Below, piece after piece: positions 37,001 to 48,777 of a DNA stretch of 64,000 nucleotides; the first letter of the stretch is position 1, and every line of letters starts with the position of its first letter. The position numbers were made by a program, and so were the translations under genes. Origin of the DNA: Phyllosticta citribraziliensis (taxonomy: Eukaryota). The stretch lies in assembly GCF_038025025.1 (NCBI RefSeq), contig NW_027117345.1, positions 1,364,001 through 1,428,000 of the forward strand. Direction: 5' to 3'. The notes under the pieces are model-generated. The model searched no databases, was not told the DNA's origin, and saw only the letters and a list, made by a program, of their open reading frames with translations.

Positions 37001-37455
37001 TTGAAAACCATCGTCTGTCTCTCTGGGACGTAGGAAATTTGGTCCGCGATTTTCGGATATGTAGGCCGCATGCGCAACTTTGCAAGCTCAATCCGATGGG
37101 GTTGTTTCGTGAGAGGTCTCAAATGGTACCTGATGTGCTTCTTTGCATGCCAGATTTCCAAGGTATCATCTTCTTCCTGCTCAGAAATGTCGTTCAAGGC
37201 TTTTCTGGCCGCTTTCCATCTTTGCGTGGCATTTCTAATGAGTTTCAATTCCCCAATCACTTTGGTACGTGAGGTTCTTGCGCTGTAGAGAGCCACACTG
37301 CCTATGGATTGAGGGACTGGGATCGAATTCCATAATGGTCTGGGAAATGAAGCAGTGCTGCCTGGGAACAGAGTGACTGGAGTGGGTTTGGATGCCCGGA
37401 ATGGATGCGCATAAAATGGCTGCGGCGCTACGGAATATGGCTTTGAGAGGAGCAT
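34033..37455 (-). CDS. moaC: MoaC (cyclic pyranopterin monophosphate synthase, MOCS1B-like) ORF with long N- and C-terminal extensions; probably expressed as a spliced fusion to the upstream MoaA
   Basis: LTHV..GEAHMV, KKGDVLSTARIAGIMAAKQT, PLCH, TGVEMEAL, ALTVYDMCKAVDK and KSGGKTG within a 1140-codon ORF; the domain lies at about 36480-35690. Confidence 0.9.
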   Translation of the reverse strand: MLLSKPYSVAPQPFYAHPFRASKPTPVTLFPGSTASFPRPLWNSIPVPQSIGSVALYSARTSRTKVIGELKLIRNATQRWKAARKALNDISEQEEDDTLEIWHAKKHIRYHLRPLTKQPHRIELAKLRMRPTYPKIADQISYVPERQTMVFKPDFSDRVLYGDEDDGRVPPSSNKRDGESAFQKHRKQKIQGFDNSALDQTQAWIAKRLAEADAKKNPTDITSEKEKQPLDELEKNLDRKFDKNVAKHSRSTKQPQRPWHHQGAVTQQKRDQLSGIRRPYDSKGFHTVSGAWQHFKHEKVAASGPKMINQASEGNQQPEQQGQQNSRLTHVNDAGEAHMVNISNKADTRRVAFAISTVRFSHPHVANLIRRYKMKKGDVLSTARIAGIMAAKQTPNLVPLCHNIVLTGAEVEVKLVLPPVKSEEQAEDEDQPAAEWLEKSSSDSQESSNGSDESVSETSEVASEGSAAMESDSGAAAGTEIPPTPSNSESQTANGSSAETKTPKPQWSMGTRQNLEIPLDHGDFPNGAIFLTARCESITATGVEMEALVAANAAALTVYDMCKAVDKHMVLGNSRVVLKSGGKTGTWVEAGWLLRRAGFQLKEPHPQTLGRYSGQEIALKENLVPKRKNWKIAFRTMVDAGFDADYAMYFLRWMRTPILKYMKNAHPRVKKHVERLLQQEGVNIEELDWNEAKLMVESELDVKGSLAAAPAQQTGLVKSATSEQQSTEDDDIAIATVPDSVEEMEDLNSLIAHLRRSYMRAPKPMATAAQPEANNEDDNNPLAAFEAQEDLRPFEKMLRIKKYHSDKDSDDKNGDVHHPNGFKTPAAEMNTHVRYSVRSRREFDDVESQDYNEAALSGKGDGNGNDNGRIKTENEEPPQQQEERDVDAEPLAKPPKKESSRVEREEDDKPFIGLLNKESREDEHDEEENMWLQEEKKIRKEEKKAKRKAEKKDDKPFTGLLNKESREDEHDEEENMWLQEEKKIRKEEKKAKRKAEEKDDKPFTGLLNKESREDEHDEEGEKMRLQEEKRTRKEAKKAKEMEEKEAKKGEKKRKKDEKKRQKNEHRESQEQEDERRRLAERRRQEEMLAGYRLVNEKSLIETDSIDEAKAKELGVSVEKLKETEKALGLEGVKWFQPSKN
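34321..34737 (-). repeat. Coding tandem repeat, 138-bp (46-aa) unit x ~3
   Basis: DDKPF(I/T)GLLNKESREDEHDEE...KKAK repeats; matching DNA recurs at 34441, 34579 and 34717 (138-bp spacing). The third unit diverges at its C-terminal end. Confidence 0.92.
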
Positions 37456-37675
37456 GTCTGGCTGAGGTTCTTCTGCAGAGGTCGTTAGCCGGCATCCTCA
37501 CAGGAGATACTCTCACAGATGTGATTTGGCGGAAGATATCTATTGACAACGACCGAGATCATTTCGCCAAAACTAGCCATACAGCTGGTGCCAATATACA
37601 GCTCCAAATGGCACGTCAATGAGACCCGCGCAGTCAACCCAAATACATCGTCAGGTCACAAACACAGAGGAAGGA

Positions 37676-39037
37676 CTACCCACCAATCAAAATCATGGGC
37701 CGGTTCTTCATGTTTTCGAGCTCTCCCATGCCCGCATGCTTTTCCTTCTTTCTCTTGACGGCCGCGCCAATTACGTGGAGAAGCTCGCTTTCACGTTCGT
37801 TCCAACTCGGAGCAGATTCTTGACCAACCAACCCTTGTTGACGATTCATCTCAAGCTGCTTGACGGCTTCAAATGCTTGCTCATCCATAGGCTTGCCGCC
37901 ATTGTCCTTGCGCAAAATATCCCGCAAAGATACCTCGGTGTTGCCAAACAAGCAGACCTTAAGGTTTCCGTCAGACGTGATTCGCAATCTGTTGCAAGTG
38001 CCGCAAAAGTTGTGTGTCATGCTGGTGATGAAGCCGACCTTGCCAACGAATCCGGGAATCTGCCAGCTCTTGCTGGTATCATTCTTGTGTCCTTTGGCCG
38101 GCGCGATGTCAGGGTACTTGGAGCGGATAACGTCGAGCATCTCTGCGTACGACATCATCTTTTGCTGGTTCCACTTGTTCCCGTCGAAGGGCATGTACTC
38201 GATGAACCGGACCTCGATGTCCTTTTCGCGGCCGAGCTCGACAAACGGTATTATATCGCGATCGTTGAGCCCGCGCATAACCACGCAGTTGATCTTCAAC
38301 TTGACACCAGCACCCATCCTGTTCATCTCGAGCACCCGATCAATGCTGCGCATCACCGCGTCGAAACCTTTGCGCCGAGTCATGATTTGAAACTGAAAAG
38401 GATCCAATGTGTCCAAGCTCAGGTTGATGCCAGTGAGGCCTGCCTCGACCATGCTGTCCAGCTTCCGATGCAGAGATATGCCGTTGGTAGTTATGGCGAG
38501 CTCGCGCAGGCCTTTCGAACGGAGCGAGCCGATGGAGTTCATAAGTGGGAGGATGTCTCGCCGGACGGTCGGTTCGCCGCCGGTCAAACGAATCTTATTC
38601 ACACCTTCGGAGACAAATAGCGACGAAATGTAGAAGATCTCGGGGCTCGAGAGGAGGTGGTCCGGCGGGGAAAGTGGGACGCCCTCTAATCTCGCCGTTA
38701 GCATTGCACAGCAACGAGACCAAGAGCAAATACCTTCGGGCATGCAGTACAAGCATCGCAAATTGCATCGCTCCGTCAAGCTTATGCGCAGGTAGTCGTG
38801 TTGGCGATTGAAATTGTCCGTCAAGAACTCGGAGAACGGTTTTGCGTGCTTGATGGACTCTCTGCGAGTTGTCTTGCGCTGCGAATAGTCGAGGCCCGGA
38901 CTGGGAGTCTCAATCACGGGCTGTCTTGGTGCAGCACCAGTTGCGACGTGCCGTACAGAGTTGAACGTCCTCGACCTCGATAAAAGCCAGGCATGGCGCA
39001 GCGCGGGTGCGCGCGCGCGCAAGGCTTGCCCTACCAT
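37676..39037 (-). CDS. moaA: GTP 3',8-cyclase MoaA (MOCS1A / cnxABC A-part), with 48-nt intron 38733-38686
   Basis: Mitochondrial-type N-terminus, YLRISLTERCNLRCLYC (radical SAM CxxxCxxC), RLTGGEP, FCGTCNRLR...KVCLF second Fe-S cluster, and C-terminal RPMILIGG*. Confidence 0.96.
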   Translation of the reverse strand: MVGQALRARAPALRHAWLLSRSRTFNSVRHVATGAAPRQPVIETPSPGLDYSQRKTTRRESIKHAKPFSEFLTDNFNRQHDYLRISLTERCNLRCLYCMPEGICSWSRCCAMLTARLEGVPLSPPDHLLSSPEIFYISSLFVSEGVNKIRLTGGEPTVRRDILPLMNSIGSLRSKGLRELAITTNGISLHRKLDSMVEAGLTGINLSLDTLDPFQFQIMTRRKGFDAVMRSIDRVLEMNRMGAGVKLKINCVVMRGLNDRDIIPFVELGREKDIEVRFIEYMPFDGNKWNQQKMMSYAEMLDVIRSKYPDIAPAKGHKNDTSKSWQIPGFVGKVGFITSMTHNFCGTCNRLRITSDGNLKVCLFGNTEVSLRDILRKDNGGKPMDEQAFEAVKQLEMNRQQGLVGQESAPSWNERESELLHVIGAAVKRKKEKHAGMGELENMKNRPMILIGG

Positions 39038-39290
39038 GGTGTCAAAAGGCGCGAGGCGAACAGCTCAGGTACCAGGGGAATAATCATCCATGAGGCACGA
39101 GATATGTGAGATCATGGCGCTTGGCCGTAAGTGGTGGCGGCAAAAGGCGGCGTCGTGCGTGAGAGGTGGAGATGGATTTTCGGGGCGACCCCAACAGCAC
39201 GACAGTCGATAAGCGGAGGTCCGACGCTCCTCCGCCCGACGGCCTCTTTGCTAAGTGACTACGTGCAAATCATCTATCTCTACGGCAACA

Positions 39291-40955
39291 TCAACCACAG
39301 ACCAATCCATCCTTGGGTATCTCGACCTTCTCGTTCTCCTTGCCATTCACGACTGTTTCCTCCACCTTACCATTCGGCACCACGCCCGCCTTGCGCGCCT
39401 CTTCGGACTCCCGCTCCATCTTCTTCAACGTCTTCTTACTCAATTGGATGCTTCCCTTGGCCATCGCCTCCTTTGGCACAGGCCGCACGTACGGTTGACA
39501 GATGAACCATGGCCGCTTGCACCGGTTCACTGCTGCGACGCTGCTTTCGTGAGGGTCTGGCTCGCTTCCCTCAGCTGCAGCAGCCGACCCATTCGACTCG
39601 GGCGCTGTCTCAAAGGCCTCTGGGTCCTTTTCGTACTCGATCAAGCCCTCCTTGACCGCCTGTTCGACCATTTGTAACACATTTTCAAATGCGGCAATGT
39701 CTCCCGACCTGCACCTTGCCAATGCGTCCCGAACGTTGGTATACCTGGAAATCAAAGGCCGCAACATGCGGAAGAGGTGAGCTTGCATGGGTGTAAAGTT
39801 GGGGTCTCCCGACTGTTCCCGTTTTTCGCGTTTGCTTTGTCTTTGCTTCTTCCGCGCGGGCTGGCCATCTTCGCCGTCCTCACTGCACTCGCCTTGCTCG
39901 CTCACTGCTAGTGGATCGGACGGGAGGAACAGCGTTTGCCGTGCTGGCGGTTCTTGGCCCAGCACATGTCGATGTATTATGTCCATGTATCTCCTGAACA
40001 CGGCGTCCATCCGATATCCACCTTTCCCGTCTCGTCCTCTCCAGTATTCGCGGCCTTCTTGGCCCGGTGCTGGCGGCGGGGCGAAGATGCTGGGGTCGTG
40101 GAGGTTTCCTTCGGCGCTCATGACTCCGTCGGCCCCTGTTGCGTCCAGACATGTTGCAATGTCGTCGTGCTGGAGGATGTTGCCATTTGCAAAAATGACT
40201 GTGTCAGGCGGAAGATTTTCCCGCAAGTACTTTATGACGCTCCAATCTGCCAGTCCAGTCTCGTGGCCCTTTTGGTGACGTTGGCGCCCGTGCACAGTGA
40301 TGATGCTAGCACCAGCGTCCAGGATTGTTTTGGCATATTCCAGTGTTTTTTCAGGAGTCTCCTGTATGCGAAACTTGGCTGTGACTGGAATGTCCAGCTC
40401 CTCGTGCAACTTGTTGATCAGAGACCGTATAAGGCCCCAGTCCTCTTGCAAGAATGCGCCATAGTGTCCCTTCCTTGCAATACCCTGGGGACAGCCAAGA
40501 TTCAAGTCTACCGCGTCGCAGAATGGCGCCACGTGTTGTGCGGCCTTGAGGAAGTCGTCGGGCTCGTTGGAGCAAAACTGCACAAAGAGCGGCCGGTCAA
40601 ACTTGGGGTTTCCATCCAAGTGAGCATCTTCCAGCGTGTATTTTGCTAATTGTTCAGGATCTGGGGCCGCCAGTGTAGTGCGGAGGGGCTGAAAAGCCTT
40701 TTCTCGATAACGGGGAAGTTCGTCGAAGAGTCGGGAGTGGAACATGGGTGTATAGGCGAGGAGGTCGCGTTGCTGGTCCTGAGGCATGAAAGATCGGCTC
40801 AGGAGACGCCAGGCAAACTCCGACGCGTCCACCATGGGCGCGAGGACGAGCTTTGGGCTGCCGATGCTCTTGTAGAATTCGCGACCGTGAAGCTTTGGCT
40901 TTTTGGGGCAGAGTGGCTTGTTGCCATCTGCGACGATGGGAGCACTGGTGGACAT
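39291..40955 (-). CDS. DUS1: tRNA-dihydrouridine synthase 1 (intronless)
   Basis: VLAPMVDASE, YTPMFHSRLF, DRPLFVQFC, DLNLGCPQGIARKGHYGAFL, ITVHGR, FANGNI and DGVMSAEG. Start assigned to MSTSAP; the frame stays open upstream. Confidence 0.93.
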   Translation of the reverse strand: MSTSAPIVADGNKPLCPKKPKLHGREFYKSIGSPKLVLAPMVDASEFAWRLLSRSFMPQDQQRDLLAYTPMFHSRLFDELPRYREKAFQPLRTTLAAPDPEQLAKYTLEDAHLDGNPKFDRPLFVQFCSNEPDDFLKAAQHVAPFCDAVDLNLGCPQGIARKGHYGAFLQEDWGLIRSLINKLHEELDIPVTAKFRIQETPEKTLEYAKTILDAGASIITVHGRQRHQKGHETGLADWSVIKYLRENLPPDTVIFANGNILQHDDIATCLDATGADGVMSAEGNLHDPSIFAPPPAPGQEGREYWRGRDGKGGYRMDAVFRRYMDIIHRHVLGQEPPARQTLFLPSDPLAVSEQGECSEDGEDGQPARKKQRQSKREKREQSGDPNFTPMQAHLFRMLRPLISRYTNVRDALARCRSGDIAAFENVLQMVEQAVKEGLIEYEKDPEAFETAPESNGSAAAAEGSEPDPHESSVAAVNRCKRPWFICQPYVRPVPKEAMAKGSIQLSKKTLKKMERESEEARKAGVVPNGKVEETVVNGKENEKVEIPKDGLVCG

Positions 40956-41925
40956 TCTTAATCGTAGGAGGTGCTTGAGGGTTGGCGATGAAGCAATACG
41001 CCCCAAGGGCCCTGGAAGTCGTGGAGACAGTATTTTGAATGTCGTCACAGTGGTGATGGAGAAAGTTGGGAAGTTCCAGTGCGCCAGAAATCTTAGCCCC
41101 GCAAAATCCGTGCTGGGGCCGGGTTCCTGGAAATTCCACGCACAGACCATTGTACATCCCCACGGCAGCTCCCTGTCTCTGGTTGCTGATGCTCTAGGTA
41201 TGCGAGGTGTTTTCAATGCATCTTGTCTTTACACGCGTATAACATCATCTCTTACAGGGACAAGCAAACAGCGTTAGATCTTATTCCAATCCTTTCCATT
41301 CAGCATCGCTACCTAATTTCTTGTAGGGTCGAGCCGTTCACCCAACCGCACGCTCGTCTACCATCTGCTGCTGCTCCTGCTTAGCTGATATCCCCAAAAC
41401 AACGAGGAAATTGAGCGGCAGCACCTCAAGGCCCACGAAGAATAGACAGTGATGTCCAACTGCTTCTTTTTCACTCCACGTCAACTGTCCATCCGTGCGT
41501 CCATCTCGTTCAGATCTACTACCCTCGCCCTCACCAATATTGCTGCCACCCTAACCGCATGCATACTTTCCTTCCGCCAGGAAGTAAAGACATTCATTCA
41601 CCCCAGGCAAGCAAGCAGCGACTACCGTCCCTGTCGCTGCGAGACGAAAGACGACTTCAGACGAAGAAGAAAGGAAATCAAAAAGGAAAGAAATGAGGGG
41701 AGGGGAGAAAAGAAGCAAGGAAAGGCGACGCAATGACTACACGGAACAGGCAGATAACACAAGACTGACAATATCTCAATCGATTGCAGGGCAGAGCAGC
41801 GCTTGATTTTTAGGGACGATGACAACAATGAGACAGCACCCACAACAAGACCATGATGAATGAAAATTAAGGGCCAATCAAAGTACAAAACTAGAAGTGT
41901 GGGAGGCACATGAAGCGCTGGCAGC

Positions 41926-44009
<2,084 letters not shown>

Positions 44010-44485
44010 GGCGGAGACTCTGCGGGCGGGATTCGAGGCGAGGTTCGATGCAGAGTGGCTGAGAGCTCCGCAAAGGGATGGGGGATGGAGTGGGGGGAGG
44101 TAGATGGAGAGGAAGAGTGATGCGAAGGCGGCTCACTTTTCCGGCTTGTGGATTCGAAAAGATCGTCACTCGTCAGCGTCACAGAGGGCGGCCCGCCGCT
44201 GCTGAGGCGCACGCCGAACTACGACACACGACTCGACGCCGACACGCCGAGCATCAGGGTGCGCCAACTCAAACTTTCCACTTGACTGCTACTGCTTCGG
44301 ATTTTGTCTTTTTCGTTATCCCGGCTGTCGTTTCCAGAATTCACCTTTCGCATCTCATTCACGTGACGCTAGTTTGGACTAAGGAAGATCTCCGCTCTTG
44401 ACGACGAGCTTCTGCACGGTAGGCGAATAGATCTTGGAAGGGGTTGAATCTTCTTCTCATTTTGATTCTTTCCAAGTCACCTACA

Positions 44486-45535
44486 ATGTCGTCAAACAGA
44501 GAACCGTCCTTTTCCGTTTTCACGTCTCTACGCTACGACCCGCAGCTGTCGACCTGCCATCAAAACAACAGCCCGCTATGCAGCTTCAAATCTGACAGCC
44601 CATTCTACATGCTGCGGTATCATCGCGACCGCATGCTCGAGGCTGCGCTGTTCTTTGAGTGGAGCGCCGTGGCCAATCAATTGGCAGGTGACAAGGGCGG
44701 CGAGATGCTCGAGACGGCGTTGCTGCGTGAAGTGCAGACATGGCTTCTTGCGCGCAAGCCGCATGGAGACATTGAGTTGGCAACAAAGGAGAAGCCGCTG
44801 GAGAAGAGTCCGTTGAAAGTAGGTGTCACTAGCCAACCTTGACTTGCCGGATGTTACTCACAGGCGCAGATTCGCGTTCTCTTTTCGCCCACCGGCGCCA
44901 TGCAAACCGACATGACCCCCGTGCCCCAAGTCTCTCTTCAAGCGCTCTTTCCTCCAACACTAGACCTTCCCTCTGACTCTAGCAATCCAGAGCCTACATT
45001 CACACTCACCCTTGACACCGATTCCACGCCTACGTCTCCTCACACCCTTCTCAAAACCACGCACCGTCCACATTACGACGCTGCGCGTGTTCGATCAATT
45101 CCGAAAGCTCTGTTGCCTGGTACAGCTCATGAGGTGCTACTTTGGAACAGCGTCGGCGAAGTGATTGAGGGCACTTTCACGAGTGTCTATCTTTTCCGCG
45201 GCGGACGCTGGGTCACGCCGCCGGTAGGGGGGCCAGGCATCCTTCCAGACAACGAGCGCGCCTCCAAGGACGAGGGACAGGAATCGGCTGGCGACGAGGG
45301 CGAACTCCGCAGCCCATTTGGCGGCCGCTGGGGGCACACTCTTCGCTCGTCCACCACGACCAAGATTGAAGGCATGGGCGGGCAGAGGGGTACGACGCGG
45401 CGCTGGGCGCTGCGCGGAGGGCTGTGCATGGAGGAGCCAGTCGAGGCGTCGTCAGTCGAGGTTGGGGAGAGGTTGTGGGTCAGTAATGGAGTCAGGGGTT
45501 TTGGCGTAGGCGTTGTGGTGGAGAGGGAAACTTGA
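44486..45535 (+). CDS. Aminotransferase class IV / 4-amino-4-deoxychorismate lyase (Abz2-like); intron 44819-44869
   Basis: FTSLRYDP, YMLRYHRDRM, KTTHRPHYD, EVLLWN..GEVIEG, RGGRWVTPP, GGQRGTTRRWAL and SNGVRGF. Confidence 0.85.
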
Positions 45536-46113
45536 GTGAGCCTTTGTCCCTTGTTGGGAAATTGGTGAAGAGACAAAGAGAAGCAAGCATTGAAAGCTGC
45601 TGGTGAATTAGGGGCAGCGCTTTTCATCGCATCAATCTGCTTCGGCTCCGTTCGCACTTGCATTGAGTGACGAGAGTAAACTGTATGCGAGCATGTAAGG
45701 TCCGCATGGACAAAACTTGCCTTGGTACGAAGGCTCTATGCTCCTTGTTCTCTTCTCTGTCGCGAAAGTCTAGATTTCCTTCTTTCCATGTCTTTCGAAG
45801 CGTGCGCATTTCTCTAATCCATTTGCCCAAGGGTCTTGGTCATTGATAAAGGCTCCAGAAGCTAAACAATAGCGCAGAGCTACAGGGAAAAAAAAAAACA
45901 AATAGGGTCGATTTCACAGCGCTCACGCGCTGATACTTTGCGTTGGTCTGAACCCTTGCCTGGCCTCTCACACACTTCATAAAGAACCGAACTTGCGAAA
46001 TGTTTGGCAACAGGTTTAAGAAAGTTGGTTTGGTTAGGCTCATTGCCATTATCTGGTGCAAATTATATAGGTTACAGAATTCACTAACCTTTCAATAACA
46101 AACAAGAAAGTTA

Positions 46114-46211
46114 TCCGTTATGGTCTAGTGGCTAGGATTTGTCGCTCTCAGTAAAAGATATCATCTCATCTAAGTGCCGACAAGGCCGGGGTTCAATTCC
46201 CCGTGACGGAA
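46114..46211 (+). tRNA. tRNA-Glu (anticodon CTC) with 26-nt intron 46151-46176
   Basis: Acceptor stem TCCGTTA/TGACGGA; A-box TGGTCTAGTGG; anticodon stem TGTCG/CGACA with CTC at 46147-46149 and intron at the canonical 37/38 position; B-box GGTTCAATTCC; TTTT terminator at 46217. Confidence 0.95.
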
Positions 46212-47062
46212 TATCCTTTTGCGTTTCTTTTTGCGCGTCGAAATAGGGCGGGAATAGTCGTTCTGTGGTGTTGAGCCGAAAAAACAATTTTTGCGTCGAG
46301 CACGTGACGCGTTTGCCTCACATGGTCCGTGCATCAACCCTTTGCGATGGGGACGGGAATTTTGAGAAACCCTCGGACTGCGAATGGACTTTCTCAGTCG
46401 CTACCTACTCTTCAACTCAGATGCTCCTCTTCAATACCAAGGCGTCTGTCGAGATAGGCCGTGATCAAACTATTTCCCTTCCGCGGACGCTGCGCTGAAC
46501 GAAATCACTCTTTTATTTTCCTTTTCCTCTCGCAGCCAATCAGCAAACATCAAAGACCCTGTCTGCGTGGTGGCTGCATGGCTGCATGATGCAATGCAGG
46601 TAAGGGTGGCGGCTGCATTGTTGAGGCGGGGGTATGTATGCAGTAGCTAGCTAGCCAGCGCGCTGACGCAGCTTCGAACGACAATTGAGAGCCGTGGAGC
46701 GGGGATGCATGCGATGCTGAGTGTGGGCGAGCATCGTGAGGGCACACACACACACTTGCTTGCCGTTACTAACAGAATTCGATGGGCGGCACGCAGAGTT
46801 TGTGGACTGATCGTATGGTTTGTCCTTGTCTTTCGACGATGAGACGATGAAGGAGACGGCCCTGTCTTGTTCGCGCCTTGCCTGTGAGCGGCGTCTTGAT
46901 GCGGCAAGGCGGCGCTCGCGGTGAGACTGAAGTAGAGATGTGGAGCTGCCGCGGGGTGGTGCTGCAGGGAGGTATGTAGGGAACCTTCGCAGTTCGCACG
47001 CTTCTCGGGGACCCGTATGCGGAAGCTCGGTAGGTACGTAATGGACTTGAAGAGACTGTCGG

Positions 47063-47421
47063 GTTTCACTGAACAAGCAGAGGTCCTGGGACACCCGTCC
47101 ACTTCTAGTTTCTATCCAAAATGCCTCACAGTGGGTGTCGAAAGAAATGCGACGCCCTTAGTCTGGCTGCGGCAGTAAATCACTACTTCCCAAGCACAAC
47201 TATAGGGGGCGTAAATGCTCCTCAAGCACTCCTCAAGCACAGGCATAGCAGTAGTAAACGAATTCTCCTAAAGTGCAAGAATAGGAGTGAGTGAACGATC
47301 CCTGGATGCATACATACTGCCGGGTAGTCTCGTTTCTTTCGACATCCACTGTGACTGTTTCACTGAACAAGCAGAGGTCCTGGGATACCCGTCTATTTTC
47401 GATTTCTATCCAAAATGCCTC
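47063..47421. repeat. 65-bp imperfect direct repeat (47063-47127 and 47357-47421)
   Basis: gtttcactgaacaagcagaggtcctggga...tttctatccaaaatgcctc occurs twice; 58/65 identical, ungapped. Confidence 0.9.
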
Positions 47422-47672
47422 GTTTGCGTGATGGCTATGCCTGCCGTCTATGCCGTAAAAAAAAAAAAAAAGTCTAGAGTTGATAACGTTGTTGACATGT
47501 CGTCCTGTCTGCAGTGCATGCCAGTCTATGCAAAAGCACGCGCTCTCCTTTTTCGTCCGTCTCAAGGTTGGTCGTGATATGTAAAAAGCTGGCGTCAAGA
47601 AGATAAAAACAATCGCTGCTCGCCCCCTTCCAAATCATGGTATCACAACGCTTGCGCTCCCACACCAGTTGT

Positions 47673-48777
47673 TTACTGGGGGATCAGAACACCCCTGTAG
47701 CGCATCTTGCCCTCGTCGAGCGTCTTGCAAGCCAGCTCGATGCCCTCAACCGTCATGGGGAAAGTGTTGAGCATGGGCTTGATGCCGTGCCTGGCGGCGA
47801 ACTCCAACATGCGGCGGTGGGTGGCGCGGCTGGCGACGATGGTGCCCTGGACCGTGATGCCCGAGGTCAGGAGCGGCATGTAGGGGAGGACGAGGTCGCC
47901 GGACTCGACCGAGAGAGGGAAGAGGGTGCTGGTGGGAGCCATGATGGGGAAGTACTGAGCCCAGTCTGTGGAGTCGCATGTTAGTATTATTCTCTCAATT
48001 ATCCGCTTTGGAAATGAGTAGACGTACCGATGTGGGCGCTGGTGCAGACGAGCAGGTAGTCGAGCTTCTTGCCAATGTTGATCTCCGTGAGACCCTTGGT
48101 GGCGTAGAACTCGCTGGCACCGAGGCGGAAAGCCTCCTCCTTCTTGGAGTCGGTGCCGGAGAAGACGACAACGTCGTTGCCGCGCTTGGCAGCGAACTGA
48201 ATGGCAAGGTGACCAAGACCACCAATACCGAGGATACCAACGCGGGCGGTCGAGGGGATCTTGTAGTCGTCGAAGCAGGTCCAGACAGTGGCACCACCGC
48301 ACTGGAGGGGAGCAGCCTCAGCGTCCGTCAGGCCGTCGGGAATCTTGAACAGGAAGGCTTCGCGCCAGACGCCAGCGTCGGCAAAGGAGCCCTGGTCGAG
48401 GTCGGCGTAGCCAAACATGGCGCGCTCGTCGCAGTAGACCTCGCGGCCGGTCTGGCACTGGTCGCAGTGCGAGCAGTTGTCGTGCTGGTAGCCCCAGCCG
48501 ACGCGGTCGCCAACCTTGAGGAGCTTGGTCTGGGGACCGAGCTCAGCAACGACACCGACACCCTCGTGGCCGAGAGCCATGTCCGTCGTCTTGTAGTGAA
48601 GGTCGGTTCCTATGCCCATTAGTGCTGTGCCAAAGAGGAGAGCCAAATCGACATACCGCAGAGACCCGAGGCAGTGACCTTGACGAGGACCTCATCGCCA
48701 GAGAGAGCAGGGCGCTCAGTCGTGGTCTTGACGATGGCGCCGCTCTGGGAGCCCTTGTAGACGGTGAAGGAAGGCAT
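47673..48777 (-). CDS. Zn-dependent medium-chain (cinnamyl-type, probably NADP) alcohol dehydrogenase, 3 exons
   Basis: SGLC|GTD, GHEGVG, structural Zn motif CSHCDQC...C, APLQCGGATV, GIGGLGH and MRYRGVL. Confidence 0.93.
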
